Positions 10,051 through 20,375 of a DNA stretch of 64,000 bases are shown here, piece by piece. A program made the position numbers and the translations under genes. How positions within the stretch are numbered: the first letter of the stretch is position 1; the number at the start of each line of letters is the position of its first letter. A model generated the notes under the pieces. It searched no databases. It had not been told where the DNA came from and saw only the letters and a program-made list of their open reading frames with translations. Location: NCBI GenBank assembly GCA_036679645.1, contig JAZDCY010000068.1:17715-81714 (forward strand). The letters are read 5' to 3'. The DNA comes from Gemmatimonadota bacterium (lineage in GTDB: Bacteria > Gemmatimonadota > Gemmatimonadetes > Gemmatimonadales > GWC2-71-9).

Positions 10051-10064
10051 AATCGACGGCCGCT

Positions 10065-12788
10065 TCAGTTCTGCCGCTGATAAGTCGCGTCCAACTCCAC
10101 CCGCATCGTCCCGGAGCCCATCGTCGCCGGGAGGCGAGTCGAGCTCGTCACAATGTGATGCGGTGCCGAATGCATGACATGAAGCGTACTCGTCCCCGCG
10201 GCGTCACCATCCAGCGGCCTCACCTCGACTACGAACGTTAGATGTGCCCCACTCCCGGTTTCGACCGTCTCCGTGCCGATGACGCTCAGTTGCATGGGCC
10301 GAGTCCGCTGCATCTCCGCGTCGAACGTGCGGAGGGTGGTCTCGTATCCGTCCCGGAGCGGAAGACCCGCAACGACGATGTCGAGTCCCGCGCCATCCGC
10401 GTAGACGGGAGCCGCGAGTGAAGCCTGTACGGACGTCATCTGGCCCATGGCGCCTACTTCACCCGCGACCTCCGAGTCGCTGTACCGTAGCTGGATCGTG
10501 GCCATGCCGCTCACCGCGCGGCGCAGCGGTCGCAGCGAGCCCCGGTCGATCTCGAGCGTATCGACCATGGCCCCCATGGGTGATTCCAAGACATCGATGA
10601 CGCGCCACACCGGCTGACCATCGAGGGACGCCGCCTCGATCGTCCGGGTGACCGCCAGCCCGATCTCCTGGGCCCCGACCTCTATCGTGACGTCGTACTC
10701 CAGCGTACGCGGCTCGATGACCCCGCCGTCGGACGCCGGTAACGGCGCGGCAGCGGCCGCAGCGGCGACGCCGGCTTCGGGCAGCTCGAGCGTGTTGACG
10801 TCGACCGTGAGTTCGGCCAGCGTACGCGCAATGTCCTCCGGCATCTCCTCTTGAAACCGGCCGCCCAAGTGAGGCGCGAAGAAGCGCTCCATGGCAGCAG
10901 ACACCGCGAGCCGATTCTCCCGTCCCGCAAACCCGTGGCCCTCGTCCTCAGCCAGCATGTATTCGACCGGCCGTCCCATGTCGCGCAGGGCTACCACAAT
11001 TTGCTCGGACTCGAACTGGTTCACACGCGGATCGTTGGCTCCCTGGATGACGAGCAGCGGAGCACGGATCTGGTCGGCAGAGAACAGCGGTGATTGCTCT
11101 CTGAGCCGCGCGGCGTCCTCCGGATCGTTCTGATCGCCCAGCCGCTTGTCGAACAGCTTCTTGATCGGTGCCCAGTAGGGCGGGATCGAGTTGAGCAGCG
11201 TGATGAGATTCGACGGCCCGACGTACGAGACGCCGGCGGCGTAGACATCAGGGGTGAACGCTAGGCCCGCAAGCGTGGCATACCCGCCGTACGAACCGCC
11301 AAAGATGCCGACTCGTGCGGAATCGGCAATTCCTTCCTCGATGAGATACCGCACACCGTCGGTGATGTCGTGCTGCATCGCGCCGGTGCCCCATTCCTCG
11401 TTTCCGGCGTTCAGGAAACGCTTCCCGTATCCGGTCGAACCGCGGAAGTTCGGCTGCAACACCGCGTAGCCACGATTGGCGAGGTACTGAACGTAGGGAT
11501 CGTAGCCCCACCTGTCGCGAGCCCAGGGACCGCCGTGCGGGAGCATTACCACCGGCAGGTTCCGTGGCTCGACCCCGTTTGGCAGGGTCAGGTACGCGGG
11601 GATCTCCAGTCCATCGCGCGCCGTGTAGCGAATCGGCTGCATGGGCGCGAGGTGTTCGCTCGGCAGCTCGGGACGGGAGCGATACAATAGCTCCACGTCG
11701 CCGGTTTCCCTGTCGTAGAGGTAAGTCGATCCGGGGTCCACGTCGCGGGCGACGCGTACCAACACCAGGCGTTCGTCGGCGGTGGCGGAGCCGAGGGAGA
11801 TCTCGCCCTCCGGCAGTTTCTCCCGGAGCAGCTCCAGGTCCCGAGCCGCTGCGTCGGTCTTGGGGTAAATGCGAACGCGATCGCCGACGTAGATGGTCGC
11901 CTGTAGCTCATTCGTCACGTCGGAAAAGGCGGCGGCGCCAAAGTCCACTTCCTGTTCCGGATCGGATTCCACGAACGTCTCTTCTCCCGTCTCGGGATCG
12001 AACAGGATCAGCCGGCTCAGGTCTACGTCCGCTCCCTTATCGGTCGTCATGTAGACCTGGCGGCCGTTCTGGTGGAAGCGGATTGGGCCGCAGCTCTCTT
12101 CGTTGCTGCAGCCATAGACCTCCGTCAACGTGTCACCGTCTACGCGCAATACCTCCGTTCCGCCGTCCGAACCAATCCGTACCGCCATGCGGATGGTGCC
12201 GTCGTTGTCCGTCACCCACCCCGCGACGTTCTCGTTGTTGCGGATGATCAATTCGCGCTCGCCCGTGTTGATGTCGATGCGATACACGTCGTGCAGTTGC
12301 GGGTCGCGATCGTTCAGACCGACGATGATCTGTTCGGGGGTCGCTCTCGGTACTGCATAGATGAAGGCCCGAATGTCGTCGTACGGCGTGAGGTCGCGAG
12401 CGGGGGGCACTCCCGTGGCCGGAGCCGCAGAAGCGACGGGATCCACCGCGTAAACACGGTAGTTCTCGTTGCCACCAAGGTCCTGAATGAACAGCACGTA
12501 GCGGGAGTCGTGCGTCCAGAAGTATCCGGTGACCGGGCGTGTCGAGTCGGCGGTGAGTGGGTGCGCGTCGTCAAAGGTCGCATCGACCCGCTTCACCCAG
12601 ATGTTCCTGACCCCGCGGTACGGTTTGATGAACGTAATGAACTGCCCGTTCGGTGAGATCTGCCCGCCGGAGACGGCCGGATCGCCAAAGAACAACTCGC
12701 GGTCCAGGAGCGGGGCCTCTTGGGCCAGTGCTGGGCCGGCGACAACAAGGAATCCGGCTACGACGAGCACACGAGCGCTGCGAATCAT
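10065..12788 (-). CDS. S9-family secreted serine peptidase with an extra C-terminal domain
   Basis: Signal peptide (...GPALAQ), propeller-like N-terminal half, HGGPW, GGSYGG nucleophile, GANDPRV, DEGHGF; about 230-aa extension after an Ala-rich linker. Confidence 0.93.
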   Translation of the reverse strand: MIRSARVLVVAGFLVVAGPALAQEAPLLDRELFFGDPAVSGGQISPNGQFITFIKPYRGVRNIWVKRVDATFDDAHPLTADSTRPVTGYFWTHDSRYVLFIQDLGGNENYRVYAVDPVASAAPATGVPPARDLTPYDDIRAFIYAVPRATPEQIIVGLNDRDPQLHDVYRIDINTGERELIIRNNENVAGWVTDNDGTIRMAVRIGSDGGTEVLRVDGDTLTEVYGCSNEESCGPIRFHQNGRQVYMTTDKGADVDLSRLILFDPETGEETFVESDPEQEVDFGAAAFSDVTNELQATIYVGDRVRIYPKTDAAARDLELLREKLPEGEISLGSATADERLVLVRVARDVDPGSTYLYDRETGDVELLYRSRPELPSEHLAPMQPIRYTARDGLEIPAYLTLPNGVEPRNLPVVMLPHGGPWARDRWGYDPYVQYLANRGYAVLQPNFRGSTGYGKRFLNAGNEEWGTGAMQHDITDGVRYLIEEGIADSARVGIFGGSYGGYATLAGLAFTPDVYAAGVSYVGPSNLITLLNSIPPYWAPIKKLFDKRLGDQNDPEDAARLREQSPLFSADQIRAPLLVIQGANDPRVNQFESEQIVVALRDMGRPVEYMLAEDEGHGFAGRENRLAVSAAMERFFAPHLGGRFQEEMPEDIARTLAELTVDVNTLELPEAGVAAAAAAAPLPASDGGVIEPRTLEYDVTIEVGAQEIGLAVTRTIEAASLDGQPVWRVIDVLESPMGAMVDTLEIDRGSLRPLRRAVSGMATIQLRYSDSEVAGEVGAMGQMTSVQASLAAPVYADGAGLDIVVAGLPLRDGYETTLRTFDAEMQRTRPMQLSVIGTETVETGSGAHLTFVVEVRPLDGDAAGTSTLHVMHSAPHHIVTSSTRLPATMGSGTMRVELDATYQRQN

Positions 12789-12897
12789 GGTGGCCTCGGG
12801 TATGGGAGGTACTATTGAAAGAAACTGTGCACGACAGTCCAACGCTAGGAGGCGGGCGGGCGCGGGTCGAGGACTGTTTCCGCCGGGACGCCGGCCG

Positions 12898-14763
12898 CTA
12901 CCACGCTATGCCGTAGTCCTCGCCGTACTGGCTGGCTCCACCCCACATACTGCCGTGCTCGGTATCGAAGTAGATCGCCGTGATGGGACCCGACGTCAGC
13001 GCGCGGATCGTGAGGTCGTACCCCATGTCTCGCAGCTCCCTGCGTACCCACGGCGGCACCGACTCGTGGAGCAGCAGCCGACCGGGCGTCGATTCGTGTT
13101 GCCCGAACGACCCACGCAGCTGAAAGCTGTTGATGTTAGCCGCTTCCACCGCTTGCTGGACGTTCATACCGAACTCGACGACGTTTAGGAAGAACTGCAG
13201 CAGATTCTGATCCTGTGAGTCCCCTCCCTGCACCGCAAACGACAGGTAAGGTCTGCCGTCCTTGAGCGCGAGACTGGGGGTTAGGGTCGCACGCGGTCGC
13301 TTGCCGGGCGCCACGACGTTGTACGGATTCTCCGCGGGATCGAGCACGAAGCTCTGCGCGCGCTGGCTCATCCCGACCCCGGTCCGTCCGGCGATCACCG
13401 CGGGAATCCAACCGCCGCTCGGCGTGATCGACACGACCCACCCTTCTTCATCGGCCGCCTGGATCGACGTCGTGCCCAGATAGAAATCGGCTTCTCGTTG
13501 CCGTAGCGCTTCCTGACTCGACGCCTCGGGCGCCGAGACGGGCGCGGACCGCCAGTCGCGCAGGTAGTGTAGGTACGGATTCTCGCCGCCCTGGAACGGA
13601 TACGGATCGCCGGGCCTGACGTTGGGATCGTTGCGCGCCCAGTCGATCTCCGCTGCGCGGCTTCGGGCGTATTCCTTAGAGAGGAGACCCTCGATGGGCT
13701 CTTCCGGCGGCGTGTAAGGATCGCCGTAGTAGAAGTCGCGATCCGCGAAGGCCAGGTTCATGGTCTGGTACAGCGCGTGAATGTACCGGGAGCTGTTGTA
13801 TCCCATTTCCTGCAGGTCGAAGTGCTCGAGAATGTTCAGCGCCTGAAGCATCACGGGACCCTGCACCCACGTCGTGAGCTTGTAGACCTCGATCCCCTTG
13901 TAGGTGGTCATCACCGGTTCTTCGAGGTAGACCTGCCAGTTGTCGAGGTCCTCCATGGTGATTTGACCGCCCTGCTCTTGCGAGCCGCGCACGAATTCCT
14001 CGGCGATGTCTCCCCGGTAAAACCGATCGTACGCCGCGTGGATCGCTTCCTTGCGGCTCCTGCCCGCGGCCAGCGCTTCTTGCTCCGCCTCGACCAACAT
14101 GCGAAGCGTTCGAGCAAGATCGGCCTGCCGGAAGATCTCGCCGGCGTCCGGCGCCTCGCGATCTTCACCCTGATGGACAAGAAAGACGTCGCGCGAGTAC
14201 GGCCACCGGCTGATCCGCTCCCGCGCGCGCTCGATGGAGTTGGCCGTCTGGGCCTCGATTGCGTACCCGTCCGCCATCTGAATAGCCGGCGCCAGCACCT
14301 CCCCGAGGCTCAGCGTGCCGAACTCTGCCAGCATGACCATCAGTCCGCCGGGGGTCCCCGGTGTCACGGCCGCTTGCGCGCCGTACTGCGGTGGGTACCC
14401 AAGATTCTGCTCCCGAAAGAACGCCGGTGTCGCCCCGGTCGGCGCCACGCCCAGCGCGTTCACGCCAATGACCTTGCCTGTATTCGGGTTGTAGATCAGC
14501 GCCTGGGTCTCACCACCCCAGCTCAGGACATCCCACATCGTGGCGGTGGCACCCAGCATCGCAACCGCGGCATCGACCGCGTTTCCACCCTGCGCGAACA
14601 TCATCGCGCCCGCCGTGGCGGCGAGCGGTTTACCCGTGATCGCGACCCAGTGGCGACCGTGGAGCACCGGCTTGACCGTGCGCTGCGCGACAGCCTCGGA
14701 GGGCGTACTGAGCGAGAGGACGGTCAGCACCGTCCCGCAAAGAGGCAACGTTCGAGTTCGCAT
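12898..14763 (-). CDS. gamma-glutamyltransferase family protein
   Basis: Signal peptide; GGNAVDAAVA, VTPGTPGG, AFADRD, catalytic Thr in GTTSIQAAD, PGKRPRATLTP, GGD.Q.Q. Confidence 0.92.
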   Translation of the reverse strand: MRTRTLPLCGTVLTVLSLSTPSEAVAQRTVKPVLHGRHWVAITGKPLAATAGAMMFAQGGNAVDAAVAMLGATATMWDVLSWGGETQALIYNPNTGKVIGVNALGVAPTGATPAFFREQNLGYPPQYGAQAAVTPGTPGGLMVMLAEFGTLSLGEVLAPAIQMADGYAIEAQTANSIERARERISRWPYSRDVFLVHQGEDREAPDAGEIFRQADLARTLRMLVEAEQEALAAGRSRKEAIHAAYDRFYRGDIAEEFVRGSQEQGGQITMEDLDNWQVYLEEPVMTTYKGIEVYKLTTWVQGPVMLQALNILEHFDLQEMGYNSSRYIHALYQTMNLAFADRDFYYGDPYTPPEEPIEGLLSKEYARSRAAEIDWARNDPNVRPGDPYPFQGGENPYLHYLRDWRSAPVSAPEASSQEALRQREADFYLGTTSIQAADEEGWVVSITPSGGWIPAVIAGRTGVGMSQRAQSFVLDPAENPYNVVAPGKRPRATLTPSLALKDGRPYLSFAVQGGDSQDQNLLQFFLNVVEFGMNVQQAVEAANINSFQLRGSFGQHESTPGRLLLHESVPPWVRRELRDMGYDLTIRALTSGPITAIYFDTEHGSMWGGASQYGEDYGIAW

Positions 14764-14935
14764 GATTCCTCCAGAGGGGAGACTGTGCCAGCCGGAACAA
14801 GATACCTCGACAGGGCCCCTCCGTGTTTCGTCGTGCCTCGGTAGTCTGACGCTCCTTGCGGCCAGAGGGGCGCCGACTAGACTCCACTCTGCGAGTGAAC
14901 ATCACGTAGCCATTTCCGAATGAGAGGCAGCGCGT

Positions 14936-15943
14936 ATGAAGTCACAAGGCTCTCCCCTGGACGGCCTCAACCGGTTGCGGCCGCCGAACATGCCGCCGCC
15001 GCGAGCCATCGCTCTGGGATTGATGGTTCTGCTGGCCGTCATGCTGGTCTGGAGTTCGGTGTTCATGGTGCAGACCGAAGAGGCCGGTGTCGTACTGACA
15101 TTTGGCAGGTACACGCGCCTGGCCGACCCGGGGCTCCGTGTCAAGTTGCCATGGCCGTTTCAGACCGTGATGAACGTGCCCGTTCAGCGCCAGCTCAAGG
15201 CGGAATTCGGGTTCCGCACGGCCAGCGCGGGCGTGCGCTCCGAGTATTCCCGGCGCAGCTTCGACGACGAATCGCAGATGCTCACGGGAGATCTCAACGT
15301 CGCGGTAGTCGAATGGACGACGCAGTTCCGAATCAACGATCCTTACAAGTACCTGTTCAAGGTCAGGAACCTCTTCGACCCGAGTGGGGAAGCCCGCCTG
15401 GACACGTTTCGGGCCATGAACGAGGCGGTGATGCGGGCGGTGATCGGTGACCGGAGCGTCAACGAGGTTCTCACCGTCGGCCGGCAGGAGATCGCGTCGG
15501 AGGTGGAGCGACGCCTGCAGATACTCTGTGACCAGTACGAGACCGGCATCAAGATAGAGCAGATCGTGCTTCAGGACGTCAACCCGCCCGATCAGGTCCG
15601 GCCGGCATTCAACGAGGTCAACCAGGCCCAGCAGGAGAAGGAGCGGATGATCAACGAGGCAAGGGCCGCTTACAACACGGTTATTCCGCGGGCCGGCGGC
15701 GAGGCGCAGCAGACGATCCAGCAGGCCGAGGGGTACGCGGTCGATCGTGTGAACCGCGCGCGGGGTGACGCCGAACTGTTCAGGGTGCTGCTGGCGGCCT
15801 ATCGCAGAGCACCGGAGGTGACGCGCAGGCGCATCTATCTCGAGACGATGGAGGCTGTGTACCCGAACGTGCAGCAGAAGATCATACTGGACGCGGCTCT
15901 TCAGAGCATCCTGCCGTTGCTGCCACTAACCGGCGGGAGGTGA
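14936..15943 (+). CDS. hflK: FtsH protease modulator HflK
   Basis: One N-terminal TM segment, SPFH domain (MLTGDLN, LQDVNPP), RRIYLETME; followed by hflC. Confidence 0.92.
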   Translation: MKSQGSPLDGLNRLRPPNMPPPRAIALGLMVLLAVMLVWSSVFMVQTEEAGVVLTFGRYTRLADPGLRVKLPWPFQTVMNVPVQRQLKAEFGFRTASAGVRSEYSRRSFDDESQMLTGDLNVAVVEWTTQFRINDPYKYLFKVRNLFDPSGEARLDTFRAMNEAVMRAVIGDRSVNEVLTVGRQEIASEVERRLQILCDQYETGIKIEQIVLQDVNPPDQVRPAFNEVNQAQQEKERMINEARAAYNTVIPRAGGEAQQTIQQAEGYAVDRVNRARGDAELFRVLLAAYRRAPEVTRRRIYLETMEAVYPNVQQKIILDAALQSILPLLPLTGGR

Positions 15944-15947
15944 AGCC

Positions 15948-16889
15948 ATGAAGACGAATGCCCGTATCATTGTTTTCGGTAGCCTGGCGCTGGGGGGCGT
16001 GACGATCGCCGGCGGAGGCTTGTTCATCGTCGACGAGACGCAGCAAGTGGTGATTACCCAGTTCGGCGATCCGAAAGGCGATCCGATCACCACCCCGGGA
16101 CTGAAGTTCAAGATCCCCTTCATTAGGCACGCCAACTATTTTGACCGTCGCTTCCTGGAATGGGACGGCGACCCGAATGAGGTGCCGACCCGGGACAAGC
16201 GGTTCATCCATGTCGACACCTATGCCCGTTGGCGGATCACCGATCCACTGCTGTACTTCCAGCGACTGCGCAGCGAGCAGGGGGCACAGTCCCGGCTCGA
16301 CGACATCCTCGATGGCGAAACCCGCAACGTGATCGCCAGTCATGACCTGATCGAGGTGGTGCGCAGCACCAACCGCGAGTTCGTCGTCTCCGAAGAGATC
16401 GGCGGCGGAGCCACGGGCGTGAGTGCGGATTCGATCGAGTTCGGCAGAGGACAGCTCGCCGAGGAGGTGCTGCAGGCCGCGCGGACCCGCACGGAGGATC
16501 TGGGAATCGAGATCCTCGACTTCCGCTTCAAGCGGCTCAACTACGTCGAGCAGGTCCGACAGGAGGTCTATGCTCGGATGATCTCCGAGCGTCAGCGGAT
16601 CGCCGAGCAGTTTCGCTCTGAGGGCGCCGGCGAATCGGCCCGGATCAACGGCGGGCGGGAGCGGGAGCTCAAGGAGATCACGTCGGAGGCCTATCGCCGC
16701 TCGCAGGAGATCAAGGGGCGGGCCGACGCGGCGGCGGCGGACATCTACGCGGCGGCCTACAACCGCGATGCGGAGTTCTACCGTTTCCTCAAGACCATGG
16801 AGGTCCTGAGGTCGACGCTCGACTCGACCACGGTGCTGGTGCTGAGCACCGACAGCGACCTGCTGCGTTATCTCGGCCGGGCCAGATAA
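15948..16889 (+). CDS. hflC: FtsH protease modulator HflC
   Basis: ITQFG.P, PGLKFKIPF, VDTYARWRITDP, RMISERQRIAEQFRSEG, EFYRFLKTM. Confidence 0.93.
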   Translation: MKTNARIIVFGSLALGGVTIAGGGLFIVDETQQVVITQFGDPKGDPITTPGLKFKIPFIRHANYFDRRFLEWDGDPNEVPTRDKRFIHVDTYARWRITDPLLYFQRLRSEQGAQSRLDDILDGETRNVIASHDLIEVVRSTNREFVVSEEIGGGATGVSADSIEFGRGQLAEEVLQAARTRTEDLGIEILDFRFKRLNYVEQVRQEVYARMISERQRIAEQFRSEGAGESARINGGRERELKEITSEAYRRSQEIKGRADAAAADIYAAAYNRDAEFYRFLKTMEVLRSTLDSTTVLVLSTDSDLLRYLGRAR

Positions 16890-17014
16890 AGGCAGGCGAA
16901 CCGGGCGCAAAGGGGTGGCAGCGAGCCGATCGGTCCGTTGCTACCCCTTTGGCCGAAGGAGTCCTGCAAACTCACCGAGGAGCGCGGCCGGGAGCTTCGG
17001 AGTCGGAGACCAAC

Positions 17015-18346
17015 ATGAACGATCACAAGCTCAGGGTCTATCACTCGATACTGGGACTCCTGTCGGGTGAGGACAACCCAACGCCAATAGTGCGGTTGAA
17101 CCGGGTGATTCCGTTCAAGCACACCCAGGTGTACGCCAAGCTCGAATGGTACAACCCGTTCGGCGCGGTCAAGGATCGCATCGCGGCCAATCTCGTCGAG
17201 GACGCCGAAAGGCGCGGGCTCCTAAGCTCTGATCAAAAACTCGTGGAGCCAACATCGGGCAACACCGGAATGGCGCTCGCGATGATCGCCAACGCTAAAG
17301 GGTATTCGTTGCGCACGCCGCTTTCGGTGATGATCCCTCTGGAGAAACGCACCGTCCTGCGCTTCTTCGGGTCCGACGTCATTGAGTTACAGGACACCCT
17401 CTGCCCGGCCCCAGGCGCACCGGAGGGCGCGATCGCGCTGGCCATGGAGACCGCCGAGCAGCCCGACTTCCATATGCTCAACCAATATGAAAACGAGGCC
17501 AATCCTGAGGCCCACTACAAGACAACCGGACCAGAAATATGGAAGCAGACTGCAGGCAAGGTCACGCACTTCGTCGCCGGTCTGGGGACATGCGGGACCA
17601 TCACCGGTACAGGACGTTTCCTCAAGGAGAAGGACGAGACGATTCAGGTGCTGGGCGTACACCCAGAGGAAGGCCACGACATCCCCGGAGTTCGCAGCAT
17701 CCGTCAACTGCAGCAGACCAAGCTGTATCGCCCGGAGCTATACGACCGCACCGTGGAGGTGACGAATCAGGAAGCATTCGACCTGTGCCTGCGCATCAAT
17801 CGCGAGGAGAGCATCACCGCAGGCCCCAGCTCGGGTATGGCGCTGGCCGGCGCTTTCAAAATGGTTCCTGACGAGCCGAACAACATCGTGGTAGTCGTTT
17901 TTCCGGACAGTGCCTTCAAGTATGCCTCCTCTTTCGCCAAGCACTTACCCCAGGTTCGCTCTCAGAACCCCGAGATGAGCCTCGAAGAGAGACTGATGAA
18001 AGGCATGGTCAAGCAGGCTCGTAACGAGCACCTGACCATCGAGCCTGAGGATGCTGTTGAAGCCATGGAGAACGAAGAGCCTCTTGTCATCGACGTGCGC
18101 AGTTTCGATTCATACCGGAAGGCGCGGGTGCCCGGTGCCATGAGCGTACCGATCGGGGACATTGAAGATCATGTGCAGCATTTTCCAGCCGACCACGGCG
18201 CCCCGATTATCACGGTCTGCGACCGCGGTAATCTTTCGCTCTTGGGAGTGCTCTATCTCGTCTCACTCGGCTACAAGAACGCGAAGAGCCTCAACGGGGG
18301 CACGTTGGGATGGATCGACAAGGGTTACCCTGTCGAGTCCGGTTGA
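17015..18346 (+). CDS. PLP-dependent cysteine synthase family protein fused to a C-terminal rhodanese domain
   Basis: NPTP, AKLEWYNPFGAVKDR (PLP Lys), EPTSGNTG, GLGTCGT, GPSSG; then IDVRS...VPGA...CDRGNLS...LNGGTLGW. Confidence 0.88.
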   Translation: MNDHKLRVYHSILGLLSGEDNPTPIVRLNRVIPFKHTQVYAKLEWYNPFGAVKDRIAANLVEDAERRGLLSSDQKLVEPTSGNTGMALAMIANAKGYSLRTPLSVMIPLEKRTVLRFFGSDVIELQDTLCPAPGAPEGAIALAMETAEQPDFHMLNQYENEANPEAHYKTTGPEIWKQTAGKVTHFVAGLGTCGTITGTGRFLKEKDETIQVLGVHPEEGHDIPGVRSIRQLQQTKLYRPELYDRTVEVTNQEAFDLCLRINREESITAGPSSGMALAGAFKMVPDEPNNIVVVVFPDSAFKYASSFAKHLPQVRSQNPEMSLEERLMKGMVKQARNEHLTIEPEDAVEAMENEEPLVIDVRSFDSYRKARVPGAMSVPIGDIEDHVQHFPADHGAPIITVCDRGNLSLLGVLYLVSLGYKNAKSLNGGTLGWIDKGYPVESG

Positions 18347-18383
18347 TGGGCGCTCGTCCCGTGATCTGAGGGGGGAAATACTG

Positions 18384-18418
18384 GATGGGCCGCCCGATAC
18401 AGGATCGGGCGGCCCATC
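18384..18418. terminator. perfect 15-bp hairpin between convergent genes
   Basis: GATGGGCCGCCCGAT-ACAGG-ATCGGGCGGCCCATC; no long U tract. Confidence 0.65.
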
Positions 18419-18439
18419 AGTTCAGGTCACTCGAGTCGG

Positions 18440-18652
18440 CTACGCGCCGATAGCGACCACGTTCTCCGCCGCCGGGCCTTTCTGACCCTGGACCTTGTCA
18501 AACTCAACCTGCTCGCCTTCGCGGAGTGACTTGAAGCCTTCTCCCTGAATGGCGGTGTGGTGGACGAAGCAGTCCGGGCTACCATCCTCGGGCGTGACAA
18601 AGCCAAAGCCCTTGCCGTCGTTGAACCACTTCACCGTTCCTTTGGTACGCAT
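18440..18652 (-). CDS. cold-shock protein (CspA family)
   Basis: [19 protein letters not shown]...FVHHTAI...[11 protein letters not shown]...[11 protein letters not shown]1/RNP2 motifs; AAGGGAG RBS. Confidence 0.97.
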   Translation of the reverse strand: MRTKGTVKWFNDGKGFGFVTPEDGSPDCFVHHTAIQGEGFKSLREGEQVEFDKVQGQKGPAAENVVAIGA

Positions 18653-18772
18653 TACGTACTCCCTTATGTTCTGTGGCCGGGGGTGCGGGTAATGCCGTAC
18701 CAACCGACTACACGTCCGCGGAATATCGCCCCCGCGTTGGGCTGCCGCGCAACCGTGCGCGACGTGAACCTC

Positions 18773-18808
18773 AAAAAAAACAGGGGATCCGATTACGTTC
18801 GGGTCCCC
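18773..18808 (-). terminator. intrinsic terminator
   Basis: Minus strand GGGGACCCGA-ACGTAA-TCGGATCCCC-TG-T8. Confidence 0.8.
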
Positions 18809-18867
18809 CGTCGACGTTCGAATATGGTCAGCCCCCAGCACCGGGGACCTTTTCATCAATCTCAACC
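18773..18867 (-). ncRNA. candidate ~95-nt small RNA or attenuator leader
   Basis: TTGACT (18902-18897), 17 nt, TATGGT (18879-18874) upstream; terminator downstream; structured interior. Confidence 0.4.
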
Positions 18868-18917
18868 ACAAGAACCATAACCAGCCCCGGACGCTCAGTC
18901 AACCGTGGTCTTGACAA

Positions 18918-20375
18918 TCAGCGACTTCGCCCTCCCCCCTGCGTTCCATTACCTGCTTGCCGGTATCGCAGCGACTCTTGGCTCTGGAGGACCCCAGCAC
19001 GCATGACCTGGACGAGGCTACGGAAAGCCCTGACGTCCTCGAGCGGGTTCTCTCTCAGCACGATGAGGTCGGCGATCTTCCCCGCCTCCAACGTTCCGAA
19101 GTCTCCCAATCGGCCCATCGCATCCGCGCCATTGTGCGTCGCAGCAAAGATGACGTAGCTGGGAGAGAGTCCCGCTGTCTGCATGGCCTCCAGCTCATTG
19201 TAGATCGACGGTCCGTGCAGCGTCATCGGGTTGCCGGCATCGGTGGCCGCCGCCACCGTGAGGCCTGCACCGTGGACGCGACGCAGGTTTTCGGACATGA
19301 CCCACAGCCGCTCGCCGCTCCGCTCCATGCTCTGATACACGACCTCTGGCGATCGCATTCGCGCAGGGAGATATGATTGCAGCGCTTCGGTCGCCTCGAT
19401 CTTTTCAACCGTATTGGAATCCACGCATCCGTTTGGATCGTCGATGCTCAGCGGCTCGTTCAAGATTACCGACGACACCGCGCGACTCCAGTTTCCGCCC
19501 ACCACGAGCGTCGGCGCGTAAAAGGCATCGTTGGCGGCCATGAGCCTCAAGAACTCGTCGTCTACCAGCGTGTCCTGCACGCTGTGTACCAGGAGCTTCG
19601 CCCCCGCTCGTAACGCCACCTTCGCCTCGCGCAGACTCGTGGCGTGGACGATCAGGTCGAGGCCCGCCGCGCGTGCCGCCGCGCCGATCTCCATCACGCG
19701 AGCGTCGAGCTGTTCGCGCTGCGCCGGTTGCGGTGCCAGGTACCACACCTTCGCCGCCGTAGATCCCATCGCGACCAGTGCGACGACGCTGCTCTGTACC
19801 TCCGCGGAGGTCGACATGGGAAGGAACGTGTAGATCTCGTCGTCGAGGTTGAGAGACGGCACGGACGCATGCGTGATCAACGGGCCGGCGGCCCGCACGT
19901 GCGGAGCGCTGGGATCGTGCTCGGCTCGTGCCGGTAACGCCGTGGTCCACGGATGTCCACCGACATCGTACACGGCCGTGATGCCGGAGCACAGGTACGA
20001 CCGGAACCAACGTTGCGGGTTGGCGCGAGCGGCCCTAGCGGTCTCTTCGTATGGGTACAGATTTGGCGCGGAGATTCCGTCGGGGCGTCCGTCGTGCCAC
20101 CCCGTTTGGCTGAAGTGCACGTGAGCGTCGACGAGCCCCGGTGTGACGAACCGACCCGATACGTCGATGCGTTCCGCGCCGGCTGGGACGGGACATGCCT
20201 CGACACTGCCGACGCATGTCAAACGATCCCCGTCGATCAGGACGACGGCCCGTTCGATAGGCGGACCGCCGGTTCCGTCGATGACCGTTCCGCCAATCAG
20301 AGCCTTGGTCTGGGCACCGGCCTCGGCGCCGATCGTAAGACAAGCGAGCGCCAGCGCAACGTTCGACCGTGTCAT
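18918..20375 (-). CDS. secreted amidohydrolase family protein
   Basis: Signal peptide; GGTVIDGTG, TPGLVDAHVH, ATDAG, GTLEAGKIADLIVL..NPLED. Confidence 0.9.
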   Translation of the reverse strand: MTRSNVALALACLTIGAEAGAQTKALIGGTVIDGTGGPPIERAVVLIDGDRLTCVGSVEACPVPAGAERIDVSGRFVTPGLVDAHVHFSQTGWHDGRPDGISAPNLYPYEETARAARANPQRWFRSYLCSGITAVYDVGGHPWTTALPARAEHDPSAPHVRAAGPLITHASVPSLNLDDEIYTFLPMSTSAEVQSSVVALVAMGSTAAKVWYLAPQPAQREQLDARVMEIGAAARAAGLDLIVHATSLREAKVALRAGAKLLVHSVQDTLVDDEFLRLMAANDAFYAPTLVVGGNWSRAVSSVILNEPLSIDDPNGCVDSNTVEKIEATEALQSYLPARMRSPEVVYQSMERSGERLWVMSENLRRVHGAGLTVAAATDAGNPMTLHGPSIYNELEAMQTAGLSPSYVIFAATHNGADAMGRLGDFGTLEAGKIADLIVLRENPLEDVRAFRSLVQVMRAGVLQSQESLRYRQAGNGTQGGGRSR

